Assembly (NCBI RefSeq): GCF_006345805.1
Contig: NW_021827189.1
Location: forward strand, 1-11,007
Length of the DNA stretch: 11,007 nt
Source of the DNA: Octopus sinensis
Taxonomy: Eukaryota
Reading direction: 5' to 3'
How positions within the stretch are numbered: position 1 is the stretch's first letter; the number at the start of each line of letters is the position of its first letter. Positions 8,033 to 11,007 of this stretch are shown piece by piece. A program made the translations under genes and the position numbers. Below the pieces are notes generated by a model, which worked only from the letters and a program-made list of their open reading frames with translations, did no database searches and was not told the origin of the DNA.

Positions 8033-8855
8033 CAGCAGTCCACAAGGTTGCTCATATTATCGGAGAAAAATGTTTTCGGAAGGTCGCTCAACCATTTAGG
8101 CACCGCTTCTTGCACTTTTTCGTGTAGTAAATCGACAACTTTTCTGAAGGGTGTTTGAGCGGTCCGGGGATGTGATAGTTGGAAGGGACGAAAACTTGAC
8201 AGTATGCAGAGTGTTTCGGCAACACGAAATACAATTTTTCAATGGTTTCAATTTTGTAGGCGGCCGTATGCGGGCGTGCATTGTCGTGCAAGAATAGTAC
8301 TTACTTTGAACATAGACCTCTCCGTTTGATGGAAATTGCTGGTTTCACTTTGTTGGTCATCATTTCACTCTAGCTTACATTGGTTTCAGTATAGGCTCTT
8401 CTGTGATCCAAAAACAACGGTTAGTACCACCTTTTCTGCTGAAGGTAGTCTTAAATTTCTTGTCTGCAGGCGATTCCATGTATTTCCACTACATACACTA
8501 CCTTTTGAAGGCTGGCTCAAAATGATTCACTCAGGACTCATCTCCTGTGTCTATATCTTCATCGATATAACGGTTGAGTAAGATCTCTTGGTATCTTGGT
8601 ATCTTGGTATCTTGCACAGACCTTACGGAAGCGAAATTTGTTACAGATGATTTCTTATACATAGCTATGACTAATTTGCAGAGAACATCTCACCTCATCG
8701 ATGGACACTCATCAGTTCTCCACAACCATCGAGCTTGTTCAAATTTCATGTCAGTTTGATGGGCATAATGATCCCTATTCATGCTTCACCCTTGTTGGGC
8801 ACTTTTTAAAATTCTCGATGTATGTGTTAGAGTGTTGTATCCGTATTGTACTGAA
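8033..8855 (-). pseudogene. Degenerate mariner-type (DD34D-like) transposase
   Basis: Minus-strand fragments, with stops and frameshifts: SVQYG...YIENFKK; SIDEV...LQISHSY*EII...RKVCAR; TGDES*VNHFEP (TGDE at 8537-8548); WKYMESP..KKFKT/PSAEKVVLTV; LHDNARPHTAA; PSNYHIPGPLK; VQEAVPKWLSDLPKTFFSD...LVD. Both ends of the element are missing. Confidence 0.92.
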
Positions 8856-8869
8856 GGCCTGCGGGGAAT

Positions 8870-9387
8870 ATTAGCTCCTAACACACGCTCCGGAATATGG
8901 CGCATACGTTCTTCACTGCGACATTGGGAAAGTCTTCGAACACTTCCTTGATCTTGGACACCAAATCGGCTTTGGTGTCGCAGGCAGCGCGGTTAGTGTA
9001 TTTATCTGAAGGTATGGCAAGGAGCAAAATCCTTCTGCCACACATGTTCTCCCAGTAACAAGCCTCCCCAGAAAGGATTTGACCTTAATCTCTGGTATAT
9101 TTGCATAATCACCTGAATTAAGTGTAAGACCCTGCTAAATGGCGTGCGTCGCCATGACATCAACCTCGCTAGAGACACACCCAGGATCAATACAGTTTGG
9201 CCTTCATGACCTAAGATCAATGCAGTTTGGTCTTCATGATGTCGCTTTTTATAGAGATGTGACATGTGCGTCTTAAGAGAAGTTCACAGAGTATTGATCA
9301 GCAGTCATCATATTGGCATTTTGATAACCAGCGCAAAACATCATCATGAACTCTTTCCCAATGTTTTGATGACTTCTAGTCCTCCAT
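8870..9387 (-). pseudogene. Internally deleted second Tc1/mariner-superfamily transposase, probably DD37D (maT)-like
   Basis: Minus strand: putative ATG at 9387; GCVSSEVDVMATH..QGLTLNS (compare GCVSSEGDVMPPH..GLRLNS); HVWQKDFAPCHT (compare YVWQQDSAPCHT); then directly DKYTNRAACDTKADLVSKIKEVFEDFP..VKNVCAIFRS. The third-Asp segment is deleted, so the D-D spacing cannot be counted, and the subfamily call rests on motif resemblance. Confidence 0.75.
9180..9239. repeat. 30-bp tandem duplication within the second transposase relic
   Basis: CCCAGGATCAATACAGTTTGGCCTTCATGA followed by CCTAAGATCAATGCAGTTTGGTCTTCATGA. Confidence 0.85.
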
Positions 9388-9509
9388 GTCGACTAACTTT
9401 TTCTTAATTACAATTTTAATCTTAATATTCACTAATGCCTTTCATTGTTGACCAATATATGAAACTTTTCTTGAAAAAAATTATAAAAACTCATCAAATT
9501 TAATATAGA

Positions 9510-9543
9510 TGTACATATATACATGTATATGAATATGTATACA

Positions 9544-9576
<33 letters not shown>

Positions 9577-9660
9577 GAATATGTATATGATATATACATC
9601 ATACATACATACATACATCGTGTATGCATACATACACACATACATACGTACATATATATG
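9510..9660. repeat. (TA)/(CATA) microsatellite
   Basis: Read directly from the sequence. Confidence 0.93.
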
Positions 9661-9661
9661 A

Positions 9662-9886
9662 CGAACTAACTGTTAACTTTCTCAGATGCAGCACGGATTT
9701 TTGTCGGTGAACAGGTCGCGGATTTTAGCGACGAAAATATTTTGACAAATGACTTAAATGTTGAAGTGAATCGAACGGCTTTTGTGTGTTTCTAAATGGC
9801 TTACAAACACCTTCCACGCTGCAATTGTTTTCGTTTCAGCACACGATCTCAGATTAAATTACTTGCTATGCGAGTACATCTCCGTA

Positions 9887-9887
<1 letters not shown>
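9662..9887 (+). mobile_element. Short microsatellite-flanked element carrying a variant hammerhead (possible solo pLTR or non-autonomous PLE derivative)
   Basis: A ~225-bp non-microsatellite block between two TA-rich tracts, with the HHR-like fold at 9700-9749 and a ~140-nt tail ending at (TA)n. Confidence 0.55.
9700..9749 (+). ncRNA. Minimal type I hammerhead with a covariant G3-C8 core (GUGAACA); predicted cleavage after 9742
   Basis: TTTGTCG-GTGAACA-G-GTCGC-ggatttta-GCGAC-GAAA-ATATT-T/TGACAAA. P1 is 7 bp (one G-U), P2 is a perfect 5 bp closed by G10.1-C11.1, P3 is the palindrome AAUAUU, and the triplet is UUU. Confidence 0.65.
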
Positions 9888-9927
<40 letters not shown>

Positions 9928-9983
9928 TATAATATATATATCTATTGAGTGTGTTGTGTGTGTAAGTATGTATGTATGTATAT
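9888..9983. repeat. (TA)n then (TG)/(TATG) microsatellite
   Basis: Read directly from the sequence. Confidence 0.93.
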
Positions 9984-10185
9984 ACGGTACATCTTGAAAC
10001 AGATAAATAAATAACACCGTGTAAATATTGGGTTGAAGAACCCTTTGGACTGAGGCAGTCCATGTCCCACGTGATGCCTTCCACTCTTTCTAGGCAAAAG
10101 GTTTTTCGGCGTTATATATTTCCATGTTATTATTTATAGCTTTATTTATTTCAAGATCAACCGTTCCAAAAAAAAAAAGAATTAT

Positions 10186-10300
10186 CTATGTATGTATGTA
10201 TGTACACACATCTATATATATGTGTGTGTATAGATATTTGTGTGTATGTGTGTGTATGTGTGTGTGCATGTGTGGTGTGTGTGTGTGTGTGTGCATATAT
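10186..10300. repeat. (TATG)/(TG)n microsatellite
   Basis: Read directly from the sequence. Confidence 0.93.
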
Positions 10301-10575
10301 ACTGACAAATAATATATTCGTTGCTCTAAAACTAACTGATCCGGGCTTGTATTTGTGTTTTCACCTCGATAAATATTTCACCCAAGTCTTATATTCCTCG
10401 GGATACGTTGTACTTCACAAATATGTGCAAAGACTTCATATACGTAACCCTATAATCAACTCTTTCGAAATTTGTTGAGTTCTGTGGAGCTATTTGAAAC
10501 CTTGGGGAAGAATCAACTTATCCATATCTAAAACAGACTCACAGTTCAACTTGACTAGCTCTCGTCCTGGCCATA

Positions 10576-10836
10576 ATGGAGAACGTGGCTTAGTGGTTAA
10601 GGGTGGTGGACTCAGGATTGTAAAGTTCTGGCTTTGGTTCCTGGACCGGGTGACACATTGTGTTCTTGAGCAAAACTCCATTTCACGTTGCTCCAGTCCG
10701 CTCAGCAGCCAAAAATGAGTAATCTTGCGGCGGACCGGCGTCCCGTTCAGGCAGGGACTATAAACTCCATCGAAACCGAGAAACCGAACCTTATGAGTCG
10801 GTATGATTCGAGAATGTAAAATTACCTTACCTTTCT
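10576..10836 (+). mobile_element. tRNA-derived SINE with a CORE-like central domain and an 11-bp TSD
   Basis: A-box TGGCTTAGTGG at 10586-10596 and a degraded B-box region GGCTTTGGTTCC at ~10630-10641. The central GTGTTCTTGAGCAAAACTCCATTTCAC...CTCAGC...AAAAATGAGTA resembles the CORE domain. The direct repeat TCCTGGCCATA lies at 10565-10575 and 10837-10847. Confidence 0.85.
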
Positions 10837-11007
10837 TCCTGGCCATATATCTGTTTGTTGCTCGTTATTACCGGAAGAATCTTACATTTTGTGCATTCAT
10901 TTAGACATTGCTGACGGCCACTTTCTCGCGAATACCGATCATTGCGAAGATAATCTGGTACTTGACTGAGGAAAGAAACTTCGAATGACCCGTCCTTATT
11001 TCTTTCT

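Noticed and set aside
9984-10120. Block with three small hairpins (GGGTT/AACCC, GGACTG/CAGTCC, TGCCT/AGGCA)
   Set aside because: Probably another repeat fragment. No ribozyme core or protein motif could be supported.
10966-10980. CTGAGGA-AA-GAAAC near the window end
   Set aside because: The core boxes are only 2 nt apart with no P2 or P1, so the match is coincidental.

Overview
AT-rich, non-coding eukaryotic (animal) DNA made of microsatellites ((TA)n, (AAT)n, (CTA/CCA)n, (GATA)n, (CA)n) and transposon debris. The repeat style suggests a mollusc such as a cephalopod, but that is inference only. I find no intact protein-coding gene, and most ORF-track entries are translated microsatellites. 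Recognisable relics are the 5' end of an RTE-clade LINE (+), two decayed Tc1/mariner transposases (-), and a tRNA-derived SINE with an 11-bp target-site duplication (TSD). The main finding is at 6251-8003: about 2.7 head-to-tail copies of a ~503-bp non-coding unit, followed by a ~410-bp snap-back inverted copy, with (TA)n on both sides. Each copy carries an intact type I hammerhead ribozyme (HHR): three on the minus strand and one on the plus strand. Predicted cleavage sites are exactly 503 nt apart, which fits a retrozyme or Penelope pseudo-LTR (pLTR) type element able to release a monomer that could circularise. Other, unrelated sequences in the window also carry hammerhead-like cores upstream of a 3' end abutting (TA)n. 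One has a G3-C8 covariant core (9700-9749); the others are decayed relics (453-488, 88-125, possibly 4982-5009).
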